Below, piece after piece: positions 1 through 13,046 of a stretch of DNA of 64,000 nt (positions are counted from its first letter, which is position 1; each line of letters begins with the position of its first letter). Origin of the DNA: Paramoeba atlantica (Eukaryota > Protista > Discosea); assembly GCA_977017575.1 (NCBI GenBank), contig CDRNVI010000187.1:49704-113703 (forward strand), read 5' to 3'. The notes below the pieces were generated by a model. That model did not search any database. It saw only the letters and a list, made by a program, of their open reading frames with translations, and was not told the DNA's origin. Made by a program: the position numbers and the translations under genes.

Positions 1-3000
1 TCGTTCCTCCAACTCGATAAGTCTCTCTGACCCATTCGGAGAATACAAATCTCTCTGCAAAAGAGCGAGATGATAATCAGTCCCAACCACACCCTTCAAA
101 ATATTCGGAATTTCTTTCATTTCAGTCAAAGAAGAATTCAATTGGAGAGAAATTTTCGTTGGAGCTTGAGAAACCCACATCTCACCAGACATGGTAACTT
201 CATCACTACCACCGCTCTCGTCATCAAGATAAAAGGTCACAAAACGTTCCGGACTATCATCGACAAGAACAGGGAGCTCCACAGCCTTCCCAGCAAAGGT
301 TAAAAGTTGTTTTGCTTCAGTGATAATTTGATCATCATCTTGCTTTCCAGGACGAGAAGAAGCGAAAACATAGACTCCTTCACCTGTTCCGGAAGTCCGA
401 ATCTCTTCAAGAAGATCGACTCGAGATTGTCCGCCAAGCCCAAAACTGTGGATGAAAACGTTTCTTCCTGTGGCTCTGTGGGGAGAGAGAGAGAGATTAG
501 AATTTAGGAGGAGGGAAAAAAGGAACCAAAAAAAAATGGTAATAAAAATAAAAAAAGAAAATAAAAAAATAAATAAATAAATAAATAAAAATGAATACTT
601 TTTAAATTGGAGAATAGTGGCTCTCAAATCATGAAGAGAAACACCATGTCCTCTCGGAGCCAAAGGAGCATCAGAAGGAGCTCCATCAGTCATGAAAACA
701 AAATCAATCGAATCTCCCCCTCTCCTCTCAGTTCCTTCTCTCTCTCCTCCTCCTTCTCTCTTTCCTTTTAATTGGGAAGAAGAAGAAAGAGATTTGAGGT
801 ATGAGTTCATGCAGTGGAAAGCGAGACGGAAGTTTGTGATTCCGCTTTGCCATTTTGAGGTGAGTTCTTTGCCTTGAAAAAACAAATGAAATTAGAAAAT
901 AAGAAGGAGAAGAAAAGAAGAGAGAAAAGATAAAGAAAAAGAAAAGAAAGAAGAAAGAAGAAAGAGAGAAGAAAAAGAAAAGAAAAAGAAAAGATACTGA
1001 GTTGAGGGTTTGTTCCTGTCAAGAACTGAGCGGAAGTCGAATAATTAATAATTTTAAATTCCAATCCCTTTGAAAAAAGAAAATGAGTAAAATAAGAAAT
1101 GAAAATGAGAAATAAATAATAATGGAAAAAAAAGAAGAAAAGAAAACCTCTTCTTCCAAACTTGAAACAGCTTTCAAGATTTGGTTTTTTGGAGTTCCAG
1201 ACATTGATCCAGATGTATCACATACAAAAATCACTTCCTTTCTGAGAAGAGAAAGAGAGAGAAAGAAAGAATGAGAAAGAAAATAAGAAAAGGGAGGGAG
1301 AAAAAAAAGAAAACGAATTCCTTCAAACAAATAAAACAAAAAAAAAAATAGAAAAATTAAAAAATAAATAAAAAGAAAAGAAAATAAAAAAAAACCTCTC
1401 TTTTGTTTTCTCAACAGGAGCAACAATCTTCACCCAAACATCCTCCCCTCTCTCCTCCCCTCTCTCTCTCCCTCTCTCTCTCTCTTCCTCTCCTCTCTCG
1501 CTCTCTCTCTCTTCTTTCTTTCTCTTAGGAGTATAAACAGTGGCAGAAAGAGAGGGAAGAAGAGGAGAAGAATCGATATTTTGTTCCAATAAATCGAGAG
1601 TTTCTACTATGTAACCAGAGGGTTCTGCTAACTTAATTTCGAATCTATTTTTTTTTTTTTTAATATTTCATTTTATTTTATTATTTTTCTTTTTCTTTTT
1701 TTTCTTTTTCTTTTTTCTTCTTTTTTTATCTCTTATCTTTTTATCTTTTTTTTTTAAAACTTTTTTAAATACCTTGTTTGGAAAGGGACATCACCATTCC
1801 GAGAGATGACAACGAGCCGATCGACCAGAATGGTTGCGGAAAAGCAACGAGAAAGATTGAGTCTCTTTTCCAACTCTGAGAGAGATACCGTGTGTGAGAA
1901 GAGAAAAAAAAGCTAAAAAAAAAAACTAACAAACAAAAAACAAATAAATAAAAATAACAAACCAAAAATAAAAATAAAAAAAAATAACAAACCAAAAATA
2001 AAAACAAAAATAAAAATAAAAAAAATAAAAATAAAAATAAAAATAAAAATAAAAACCATTGATAGAAATTTTAGAAGACCATTGTCCAATGGTCAAATGA
2101 GGGAGCAATTTTTGTCTCGCTTTTGCATCTTTCAAATAATTTGGAAAGATTTTTAACAATCCTTTTTTTTTATTTTTTATTTTTGTTAATTTTTTTTGGA
2201 GGAATGTTTTTTTTTTCTTTTTTCTTTTTTCTTTTTTCTTTTTCTTCTTTCTTTCTTTTTCTTTTTTCTTTCTTTCTCTTCTCTTTTTTCAAAAGAAACA
2301 AACAAACAAACTTTCATACAAATCATCAAAAGCTGTTTCCGGTTCAGTTCTCGGTGCCAAATGCACTGTTTGGCTCTTTCCCTAAAAAAAGAGTAAATTA
2401 AAGAGAAAAAAAGATCAAAAATACAATGAAAAATACAGAGAAAAAATCCAAAAAAAATCCAAAAAAAACAAATAAAAATCCAAATAAAAATACAAGTAAA
2501 AATACAAATAAAAATACAAAAAAAAATACAAATACAAATAAAAATAAAAATACAAATAAATAAATAAATAAATTACTTGTGGGAAAGATTGCAAATCCTC
2601 AAATTCCAACAAAAAAGAAGGAAAATCTCTCAATCCTTCTCTCAATTTTTCCACCGCTTGATTAATTTGTTTTCCTGAAAAAGAAATTATTTTAGAAAAG
2701 AAGAAAGGAGAAGAGAGAAGGAGAGAAGAGAAAAGAGAAAAGAGAAAAGAGAAGATAAATAAAGAGGAGAGAGATAAAATCAAAGCAAGAAGATTTTGGG
2801 TGGCCATTTTGAATGGTTTCCTTTGGATTTGAAATCATTTCAAAATTAAATCAACAGAAAGAAACAAAAAAGAAAAAAAACAAAACCAAAAAAACAAAAC
2901 AAAAAAAAAACAAAAAAAAAAAACAAAAAACAAAACAAATAAAATAAAAATAAAAAACCATCAGAATCAGGAAGATAAAGATCATCAAGAACAAAAGGAA

Positions 3001-3296
3001 ACATGATGTTCAAATGTGGCATCCATCTTTGGAAGGCCTTGTCGTGGAACTTTCGAATTGTGTTTATTTCCTGGACAAAAGAAAATTGAGAAGAGAAAGA
3101 AAATTGAGAAGAATAAAAAAAAGAAAGAGAAAAGAAAGTTCAAAAAAGAAAAAGAAAAAAATCAAAAAAGAAAAAAAAGAAAAAAAAAAACCTTATGCAA
3201 ATTCTCAGGAACACCAACCATCAAAGCACTCGAATAAGACCACTCAAACTTCCCCTCTCTCTTATCCCCTCTCTTTCCCTCCTTCTCTTTCTCCAT
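1..3296 (-). CDS. Multi-exon gene: N-terminal 2H-phosphoesterase (LigT / 2'-5' RNA ligase-like) domain plus C-terminal von Willebrand factor A domain; 3' end runs out of the window
   Basis: Manual GT-AG splicing from ATG at 3296 gives MEKEKEGKRGDKREGKFEWSYSSALMVGVPENLHK|EINTIRKFHDKAFQRWMPHLNIMFPFV (2H motif 1), PHLTIGQW (motif 2, ~2100), LVVISRNGDVPFQTR, then the vWA MIDAS elements VIFVCDTSGSM (~1220), GITNFRLAF (~830), FVFMTDG (~690) and VFIHSFGLG (~450). Confidence 0.85.
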
Positions 3297-3646
3297 TTTT
3301 CTTCAAAAAAATTCTTTTCAAAAAGAATAAACTTTTGGAAAAGAAAGAAAGAAAAGAGAGACATCTTTTTTTGAGAGAAGAAAAAGGAAAATCGGAAGAA
3401 TTTCACTTTTTCACAGAAAACAAACAACAAAGAGAAAATGACGAAAATTGCGTGAATTTATTTTTAGTATTGAAAAATGGTTTGAAGGATTATCACATGT
3501 AAAAATTAATTTGTGTCTTTTTTGTTTCATTTTTGTTTTTTCGACGGTTGGATTTAATTTTGTGATATTTGTTGAAATGAAAACAAATTGGAGACATTGA
3601 ACAAGAACATTGTACAAGAACAAAAAAAAAACAGAAAAAATTGTCT

Positions 3647-6600
3647 TTATTTCTCAACAACAAAAAAATGAGAAGCTTTGTTTTTGAATTCAGCCAAGTT
3701 CGGTTCCATTGGCAAATAATTGCGATAAAATCCGAGATGACAACCGGAATGGAGACACGATTCAAATGAATAAACAGGTAAAAATTCTCCTGTGTTGTGT
3801 TTTTGTGCTTTTTCTCTTTTGTTTTTTTGAGAGGGGGGAAAGAGGAGAAAAGAGAAAAGAAGAAAAAAGTTAGAAAAAGAAAAAGAAGAAAAGAAAAAAA
3901 GAAAAGAAAGAATTACTTGTGAAGATAGACATAAAATTCAGACTGTTTTGGAAGAGCAGTTCTTGTTAAAGAATCAGGAGAAGGAATACTTAAATAGTAT
4001 GAGTTGTGTCCAGCATTTCGAAGTCGAACTCTGGTCTCATCCTATTTTTTTTTTTTTGGTGATTCATTGAAAAAAGAAAAAACCAAAAGAAGAGAAAAAA
4101 GAAAAGAAAGAAAAAGAAAAGAAAAAAAAGAAAAGAAAAAAAAAAAGAAAAAAAGAAAAGAAAAAAAAATGAAAAAAAGAAAAACAAGAAATTACCTCCA
4201 AACTTCTTTCAATCATAAAATGTCCATAAGATCCAGTGTGGCCTGCTGCCTCAACTCTTTTTTGAAATTGAGAGACGAAAATGTTTTTTCCTTTTTGTTG
4301 AATCAATTTAGAACCACAAAAAATAAATCAAACCGAAAATGATATTAAATAATTGAATCAAAAATCCAGTTTTAAAGAAAAAAAAAAGAAAAGAATTCAG
4401 AAGAATTTAAGTAACAGAAAGAATGAAATGGTTTTAAACAAAAAAACAAAATAGAAGAAAGCAATTTTATGAATTTTAAAAAAAATAAAAATTAAAATTA
4501 AAACCTGTATTTACAGAAACAAGTTTAACAATTGTCCCATGTTCAAATGGAGGTTCCAAATGCATAATTTTCTCCGCTTCAACTTCTTCTATTTTAAATT
4601 GAAATAAAAAGGGTGAGAGATAAAAAGAAAAAAGAAAAAAGAAAGAGAGGAAAGAGAGGAAAGAGAGGAAAGAATAAAAAAAAATGAGACCTGAATATGA
4701 ATCAATTTGCATAGATTCCCCCATCTCCCTTTCTTCTTCTTTTCCTTTCTCTTGTTCTATTTCTTGAAGTTGATGAGCAATCATTGAATCTCTTTTCTCT
4801 CTTTCTCTCTCTTCTTCTAGACTCTTTCTGAAAGCAAGTGGTGGGGTCATCTCATCTCCTACATTTTTCTTTCTCTCTCTTTTCTCTTTCTCTCCTTTCT
4901 TTTGGGCTTTGAGGACACGAAGAGAGAGCGCTCGTGTAAAAAATTGATCTCGTGAAAGCTTTCGAAGGACACGAAGATATTCTTTTATATCAAACGAAGA
5001 AGGAGTAAAAGAAGAAGAAGAGAGAGAAGAAATATGAGAAGATAAGATATAAAACGTATCTTCAAAAGCGCGGACTCTTGCTGTTAAACAGAGTTGTTGT
5101 GTATCAAGTTCAGTTTGACAAGAATAACTCTCTTCCCAACTTCTCTTTCTCTTTCTTTTTCCTTTCCCTTCTTCTCCTTCTACTTCAGTCATTTCTTCAT
5201 TTTCTTCTTTCGCAGAAGAAAGGAGATTTGAGAGAGTTTGAGTTCGAGAATGGAGAGTGTTGAGTTCACCGTCTTGTTTTTGTGAAAGTTGATCCAGTTG
5301 CTTTGCAACCTGTTTTGTATTTTGGAGAATGAAGGAGATTTAAGTCTAAAAAGGAAGAATTTTTTCGAGGAAAAAAAGAGAGAAAAAAAATTAAGAAAGT
5401 AAAACATTATTTAAATAAGTATGGCGGCTTTCGAGGGCATTTTTTGTGGTTGTTAATTCCCCAACCTCTCTAAAAAACAAAAAGAGTCAACCAAAAACAA
5501 AAGAGAGGAGAAAATGAGAGAAAAAAAAAGGAAAAAAGGAAAACCTCAGGACGTAAATACTTAATTCATCATATCTTTTTGATAATTTTCCTAAAAGAAT
5601 TTCCATTTTCTTCTCTTTTGGAGTTGGAACTGGCCTGTGTCCTGATTGAGGTGTCATACTCATCATGGTCCCTGGATTTGTAGTGACATTCATTGTGACA
5701 CCTGGATTGGATGGTGCGTTACTTCCATTGGAAGTTGGTTGAGCTGAGATTGAGGAAGAGAAAGAAGAAGAAGAGTAAGAAAATTGGCGATGGTCCGTTG
5801 TTGTTGAAGAATATTGTGGAGATTGGGAGGTTGGGATTGTTGTTGTTGGGGTTGTCAAGAGTTTTGGAGTTGTTGTTGCTATTATTGGTTGAGTTGGTTG
5901 AGTCGGTTGGGAAGGAGGTGTTACAGTTGTAGTTGGAGGTGTTGGCGATTTTGGTGGTGGGCTTGCCTGCCCTCCATAAGAAGGAAAAGTTGTTGATTGA
6001 TGATAAGATGGAGGTGGGGCTCCTGTTACAGTTGGAGCTGTATTTGAAGGAGGTGGACTTTTGTAATTTGGAGGTAAAGGGTATCCTGTTCCTGGAGTTG
6101 TATAACTAGGAGAAGGGACATTGGCTCTTGGAGGAGGAAAAGGATTGGGAGGAGGTTGGGAAGGTTGTATTTTGGGCTGAGGTTGTTGGGGAGGTCTGGT
6201 TTGAGGTTGAGAAGGTTGAGGAGGTTGAGAAGGTTGAGGAGGTTGAGAAGGTTGAAAAGATTGAGAAGGTTGTTGGGAAGGTTGAGAAGGAGGTTGAGAG
6301 GGAGAGACGGAGTAAACTGGGGGGTTGACAGCAAAGACGCGGACCATATCGTGAATGATGTGGGCGGCTGTGGATGATCTTGGGTTCCACTGGTTGAGGG
6401 AAGGGAGAAAACATTGGCCCTGTTTGGTTAAAGTTGAGAAGAGAGAGCGATGAAGAAAAGGAGAGAGGAAAAGAAGAAGGAAGAGGAAAAGGAAAAAAAG
6501 AAGAAAAAGGCGAAAAAAAAAGAGATGGGAAAAAAAGAACCTGACGATTGACATGAGGATGATTTTCTTGAATTTTAATCCCACTCGTTGCTTCAACATA

Positions 6601-6987
6601 TGCCAAGGGAGGAGAGTTTGGATAGGTTTTTCCAAGAGAAATTCTGATGGGAATATTGTAGATTCTTCCCTATTCTTCAACGATTAGAAAGAGATCATTG
6701 GGAGAAAATTTCTTGGGTGGAAGAGATCTTAAAACCTTAAAAGAGACAGGTATAGTCCCAACAAGACATAGGAGAGGGGGGTTCAATAATTGTGAGAGAT
6801 ACAATCCTGTTTCATTTTTGTGTGTCAGATTTCAAAAAGGGATGAATAATAAAAGGCAAGAAAGAAGAAGACCAGCAAAAAGCGAAAGGCACTCTCTTGT
6901 ATCAGCAATAACCTTGTTTCGATTCACATAACCCGCAACAAACGAAGTCACTCTCCGATCGTTCGGATCTCTTGTTCTGAAAGCCAT
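3647..6987 (-). CDS. TSG101: ESCRT-I subunit Tsg101/Vps23 (UEV, Pro-rich, coiled coil, steadiness box), apparently extended in frame into a C-terminal beta-trefoil-like domain
   Basis: UEV motifs LLCLVGTIPVSFK|GRIYNIPIRISLGKTYPNSPPLAYVEATSGIKIQENHPHVNRQ|GQCFLPSLNQW...FAVNPPVYS; Pro/Gln/Thr-rich linker 5700-6330; SB box QQLCLTARVRAFEDTFYIL...KEYLRVLRKLSRDQFFTRAL (~4920-5100). There is no stop after the SB box; four further phase-compatible exons end at TAA 3647-3649. Confidence 0.85.
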
Positions 6988-7280
6988 CTCGATTCCCCCC
7001 CTCGATTCCTTTTCTCTCTTCCCCTTTTTTCTTTCTTCTCCTTTTTTCTCCTTTCTTTTTCAAATCCTTTTCTGCCAATTTCTGATTTTCAATCAGAAAT
7101 TTTTTTTCGGTTTTTCACACGGTGAGATAAAATAAGGGTGTCCCAAAATATAGGGACACCATTCTTTTTTCGGGTTTTTGTTTTTGTTGTTTTTTCTCTG
7201 TTTGCGTGATTGAAAAAAGAAGTTTTTGTTGGTTTTTTTTTTTGTTTTGTTATTTTGATCTTTGACTTTTTGGGGAAAGA

Positions 7281-9342
7281 ATGGAAGATCGAGAAGATGA
7301 TGAAGAGGAATTTGAACAAGTTTATGAACTTCAAAGTTGGATTGGCGAGTTTGTTTTTATTTTCTTTTTTAGTTCAAGTTTGAGTAGACTCAAAAAACAA
7401 AAAGAGAATTCAATCAAGACATTGAACTAAAAAAAAGAAAGCAAGAAACAAAAGAGAAGTTATTCTTTACTATCAAAAAAAAGAGACAACACAAAGAAAA
7501 AAAAACAAAAAAATATATTTTCACAAAAAATATGATCAGAGAGCAGATATTCAAAGAAAAATTAAAAGAAAACAAAGAGAGAGAGAAAGAAAAAAAAACA
7601 AAAGAAGAAGAGGCTATCTTTCAAAGGAAAAGAAAGAATCATAAAGAATCAATAACAAAAAAAATCCAACAATCACTGATAAATTCAATAAAATAATTAA
7701 TAAAAGAAAGAAAAGAAAACAAAGAAAGAAAAAAATTGAATAAAAATAAATAAAAATCACCTTAAAGTCTAAATCAAAAATCAAAAAAGAAAAAAATCAA
7801 AAATAAATAAAAAAATAAAAAAAAATAAAAAAAAATAAAAAAAGTAAACTAATAAAAAAATAAATAAAAAAACAGAGGAGCGAGTTGTGCAGTACACATT
7901 GGAATAAACCGAAACACAAACGAAGAAGTGGCAGTGAAAGTTATTTCCAAGAAAATTATTGAATCCAATCCGTTTTTTTTTTCTTTTTTTTTCTTTCTTT
8001 TTCTTTTTTTTCTTTTTTTTGTTTTTTTTGTTTTTTGTTTTTTGTTTTTTGTTTTTTCTTTTTGAGTTTTTTTTCTTTTTTTTTTTTTCCTCTTTTCTTT
8101 TTTGTTTTTTGTTTTTCTCTTTTCTCTTTCTTGTTTTCTGCTTGATTGTTTATTTCTCATTTTCTCTTTTCTCAGGGGATTGACGAAAGAAATTAATATT
8201 TTGAAAGAATTGGATCATCCAAATATCGTGCATTTAATTGATGCTCACACAACAAAGAAAAATCTTTACATTGTGATGGAATTGTTTGTTTTTCTTTTTT
8301 TTTTTGAAAAAGAAAGGAGAGGAAAGAAGTGAAGAGAGAAGAGACAAGACCTCGAAAAGAAGTGCAAAACAAAAAAAAAGAGCAAAAAATAAAAAAATAA
8401 AACAAAAAATAAAAAAAAATAAAAAAATAAAACAAAATAAAAAAACAAAATAAAAAAACAAAAAATTAAAAAATAAACTAAAAATAAAAAAAAAAAGGAT
8501 CTGCGGAATGCCACTCTTCGACACAATATTAGAAGAAAAAAACTTCAACGAAAGAAAAGCACAACAAATTTTAGAGAAATTATTTTCTGTTCTTTCATAT
8601 CTCCACAAAAAGAGAATTGCACATCGAGATTTGAAGCCTGAAAATGTTATTTTTTCTTCTATGGAAGAGGATGCTGAACCGAAAGTTCTTGATTTTGGTG
8701 TTTCTAGATGTTTTTGTGATGGTTTGTTTTTTTTGTTTTTGTTTTTTTTTTTTATTTTTTATTTTTTATTTTTATTTTTTTTTGGAGAGATTTTTTATTT
8801 TCTTTTTAGAAAAATACTTTTATTTTGATCGAAAATTATAAAAAACAAAAACAATATTATTTTTCCTTCAAATAAAAAGATATGTCATTCATTCTTGTAT
8901 TTAATTTATTAATAATTTCATCTCATTACCATATAATCTGATGCCAAATTCTTCCTTAGAAGAAGATATTGTAGAAGAGGATTATGATGGAATTGGAACT
9001 TTGGGATATAAAGCCCCTGAAATGGTCCTCAATCAACCTAGTAAATTACAGGTTTTCATTTTTTTTTTTTTTTAATTAAACTTTTTTTTCTTTCTTCTTC
9101 TTTCTTTTCTTTTTTCTTTTCTCTCAAAAACCTTTCTTTCTTCAATTTTGACATCTCTCATGTCTATTTTTTTTAGGTTGATTGTTGGTCAATGGGAGTG
9201 ATCGCATACATTATGTTATGCGGATTTCCTCCCTTTTTTAGTGATCCAAGAGATCGAGACGATCAAGATCAACTTATGAATGCCCCTTTTTGGTTTTTTT
9301 GTAACTCACCAACTGATGAACTCATATCTCAGGTTATTATCC

Positions 9343-9373
<31 letters not shown>

Positions 9374-10861
9374 TCTCTCTTCTCTCTTCTCTCTTCTTTT
9401 TAGAGGTAACCATTTTATTAAAAAACTCTTCCTCTCTTTCCCCTTTCCTTTCCCGTTTTAAAATAGATCACAACGGCGGATTTTTCATTTCCAGAGGCGT
9501 TTTGGAAAGATATTTCTCCTTCTGCAAAAGATTTTGTTTCGAAATTGTTAGTTGTTGATCCAAATGTCAGAATGTCAGCTGATCAGGTAAAATATATGTT
9601 TTTTTTTTTGTCCTTATTCTTTTTTCATCTCTTCTAAAAGAAAGCTAACCTTCAACCTTTGTGATTCACAAAACTATTTTCTTTTGAATTGAATCATTTT
9701 TTCTCTATTCCTTTCTTTCCTCAAGGCACTCGCACATCCTTGGATGAAAGGAGAAAAAGAAGTAAAAGAAGAAATTCCGCTTGCCCCTCTTCCTTCTCAG
9801 AGAGTGTTACGTAGACAAGAGACAGTTTGTCAAAGTATGCAAGTTTTACCAATTTCTCCAAGTTCGTAATTTGCTTTCTTTCTTCACCATTCATTTTTTT
9901 TTATTATTTTGAAATCAAAATTTTCTTTTCTTTTTCAAATTTTGAAATTTTAGAGCCGAATTATCAAGATTTTTTGAAAAAAACTGAGTCCACTCTTCTG
10001 CTTGGTGATGGTCGTTCCACTTTAAGGTTTTTTCCTTCTCTTTTTTTTTTTAATTTTTTTTTTCTTTTTATTGAATTGAATTGTTTTTTTTTTGTTTTTT
10101 TAAATTTGATCATTTCTCACTCCCATTTCTTTTTTTTCTCCTTTCTCAAAAATAGAATGGCACAAAAGAAATGGACAGACTCAGCAACGACAACAATCTC
10201 GTTTGCTCTTCCTGGTGGTTTGGAAGACTTTGCAAAAGCCTCTCAAGCACTTGCTGCAGCTGAGTCAGCAAAAAAGGAAGACAAAGAGCAAGAAGGGAAA
10301 AAAGAAGAAGAGAGTGGAAAGGAGAGTGGAGAGAGTGTACCAACAACTTCTCGAATGGTTTTCAAGAGAGCTGATGCGCATCCTGATTTGTTGAAATCGA
10401 GAAAATCTTTTGAGTTAAATTTACCTTTTGTGCAAGAAAAAACTATCGAAGATGGGGATGATGGGAGGCTTAATTCAGGGGATCGGTTGAAACGAGATCG
10501 AAAAAGAGAGAAAGAAAAGAAAAAGAAAAGAAGATCATCAAGAAAGAAAAATTCCGATCAGTATGCGGTTTCAGAGCCAATTTGGAGTTCAGGCTCAAAA
10601 GTAGGAGAAGAGAAAGGAAAGATGGGTTGGACAATGGATTCCTTGCAGGGCGAAGATCTTGCCATCCGTCCAAGATCAAAGAAAAAGAAAGGGAGAAAAA
10701 TGGATGTAGATAAGAAAAAGAAAGAAGAGAAAGAGAAGTCAAAGGAAGTTCTTGAGTCTCATTTGGCTTCGAAAATTGAAGGAGGGAAAAAGAAAAGGAA
10801 AGATTCAAAAGTTCTCGGGTCCCATTCATCTGCAACAATTGAAGAAAAAAAAAAGAAGTGA
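7281..10861 (+). CDS. CAMK-group Ser/Thr protein kinase (CaMK1/MLCK-like) with a long Lys/Glu-rich C-terminal tail; multi-exon
   Basis: Exons give IGE|GASCAVHIG, VAVKVISK, KEINILKELDHPNIVHL, HRDLKPEN, LDFG, GTLGYKAPE, DCWSMGVIAYIMLCGFPPF, ISPSAKDFVSKLLVVDPNVRMSADQ|ALAHPW, separated by T-rich GT-AG introns. Confidence 0.93.
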
Positions 10862-11052
10862 AATAAAAGGGAAAGAAAAAAAAAAAGAGTGAGAGAGAGA
10901 GAGAGTGGGTGAGGGTGATGGAAAGAAAAGAATTTTTTCTGAAATAAAGGTTTTAATTTGCAAGTCAAGTTTTTAAGTTCTCATTTTTTTTTTGAATTTT
11001 TCTCTGTCTCTTTTTCTCTTTCTCTGTGTTTCACACACTTTTGGAAGACTAA

Positions 11053-12681
11053 TTACTTTGCTGCCCATCTCTTTTCAATCCCATCCATGTGAGCTAAAAA
11101 TCATCTTTGATTAGTCTTTTATCTTAACCAAAAAGAAAAAAACAAAAAAAACAAAAAAAACAACAAAAAAAAAACAAAAAAACAAAAAAACAAACAAAAA
11201 AAACAAACAAAAAAAACAAACAAAAAAAAACAAACAAAAAAACAAACCAAGACCAACAACAGCAACAACCCTCTTCCCCTCCAACTCCCAAAGCTGATCC
11301 ACCATATACTGATCACGATCATGCAACATCACCTCTCCCGCTCTAGGCAACAAACGATCAACAATTGAAATATATTTTCGAACTGTTGGTCTATCTTTCA
11401 TTCCTTCAACTCCTTCTTCTATTTGTTGTTTGATATTTTTGTTTGGGTCGAATTGCATGTTTTGTCCAAATTCGTGTTGGAGATCGGTTGGTGGGTTCAT
11501 CATTAATTTCATGATATCGAAAGTTGAAACTATTTGAACCGAAACTTTAAACAAAGAAAGAAAAGAGAAAGAAAAGAAAAGAGAGATCAAGTTAAAAGAG
11601 AGAAAAACCTGAATTTTTGAGTTTTGTTAGTGTTTGTTGGATTGGCTTATCACCATTAACAATTGAAGGTCCTTTTCCTGACTTTCTAGAGAAAAAAGAA
11701 TAATGGAGAAAGAAGAAGAGATAATCAGAAAAGAGAATTGGAGAGAGAAAAAGAAGGAAGTAAAAGAAAAAAAAATACTTTTTCATTTCATTGACTGTTT
11801 GCATTGCAGTTTGAAATTCAATTCCAGGAACAAAACCAATACTTTTTAAAAAAAAATATAATTCCTGTTATTTTTGAAATGAATATTTCAATCATTTTTT
11901 TAATTTAGAAAAAAAGAGATAAACAGAATTGGGAATTCCCATGAACCTTGATCATAGTTCCAAAAGTTCCGCCTTGAAATCCTTGAAACATTGTCACTAC
12001 AAAATTAATAAAGTGAGAGAAGAGAGAGAGGAAACAAACGAAAAAGAAAAAACAATTCAAAAAAAAAGATAAAAGAAAGAATACAATTTGAATTTCGAAA
12101 AAACTCTTGAACTGCTGTTGTTTCATCCTCATTTATAAACGATTCTCTTCTCATTTTTGCCGCTCTTTCTTCACAAAGTTCTAAAAACACAACATCTAAC
12201 GATGAAATAAAAGGACCATTCAATGAAGGAAAAAGAGAGAAAAGGAAAGAAAGAGAAAGAAAGAGAGAGAGAGAGAGAGAGGAGAGAGATTCTAAAGACC
12301 TGGTTCGACATTCTGGATAATATCTCTCACTTGAATGGCACTCTTTTCTGATATATGAGCAGTTCCTAGGAACCAAAAAATAAGAAAGAAAAGAGAAAGA
12401 AAAGAAAAGAGAGAGAAAAAGAGAAAAGAGAGAAACAAGAGAAAGAAAAGAAAAGAACCAACTAAATAAACTTCTTGTCCTTTTCTTCCCTGGAGAAAAG
12501 AAACAGTTTGTTGATCTTTCCCAGCAAGATTTCTCTCTTCTTCTCTCTTCTCTTCTTTCTCTTCCCCCTCTTCTTGATTCGATTTGATTCGGATTGTCCG
12601 AAAGAGAAGAGAATGAGAAGAGAGATAAGGAGAGAAAGAAAGAAATTGGTGCTGCTGTCTCCGCACAAGATTACAAAACAT
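11053..12681 (-). CDS. TraB/PrgY-family protein (TRABD-like), probably organelle-targeted; multi-exon
   Basis: VYLV|GTAHISEKS...IQNVEP|DVVFLELCEER, EFQTAM, GDKPIQQTL, HDRDQYMVDQL and VVAVVGL|AHMDGIEKRW are TraB-family motifs; the N-terminus is Arg/Ser/Leu-rich. Confidence 0.88.
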
Positions 12682-13046
12682 CTTTTCTCTCTCTCAAAAT
12701 CGCGTGTCAAAATAACGGAACAAAAAAGAGTTTTTTGTTGATTCTTTCGAAAAGGAGTTGTGTTTTTTTGACTTAGAGGAGTCCCTCTGGTGTCTACACC
12801 TTGCCCTTTCTTTTTCCAAACTTCTCTGAAAGAAAAAATTCTTTGCCTTCTCCTCCTTTCTTTTTCAAAGAACCAAGAAATTTCACTGGAAAAAGGGTCG
12901 GAATAAACTCCTGACCCTCTCAACATTTTTGGGCTATTTAGTCCATACTCTCGCCAATGCAAACCCCTCTTCCGCTCTTGGAAAAATTTTGATTTGTCTT
13001 TGTCAGTTACTTCCAATTTTCCAATTTTACGAAATCGAAAAAAATA

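Noticed and set aside
5300-5360. In-frame TAA near a Tsg101 acceptor suggesting a non-standard genetic code
   Set aside because: A downstream acceptor (AAAACAG|GTT) avoids it, TAA terminates other genes normally, and intact genes show no internal stops.
5711-6334. Cys-rich and Arg/Leu-repeat ORFs overlapping 5.7-6.4 kb
   Set aside because: They are alternate-frame or antisense readings of the Pro/Gln/Thr-rich Tsg101 linker.
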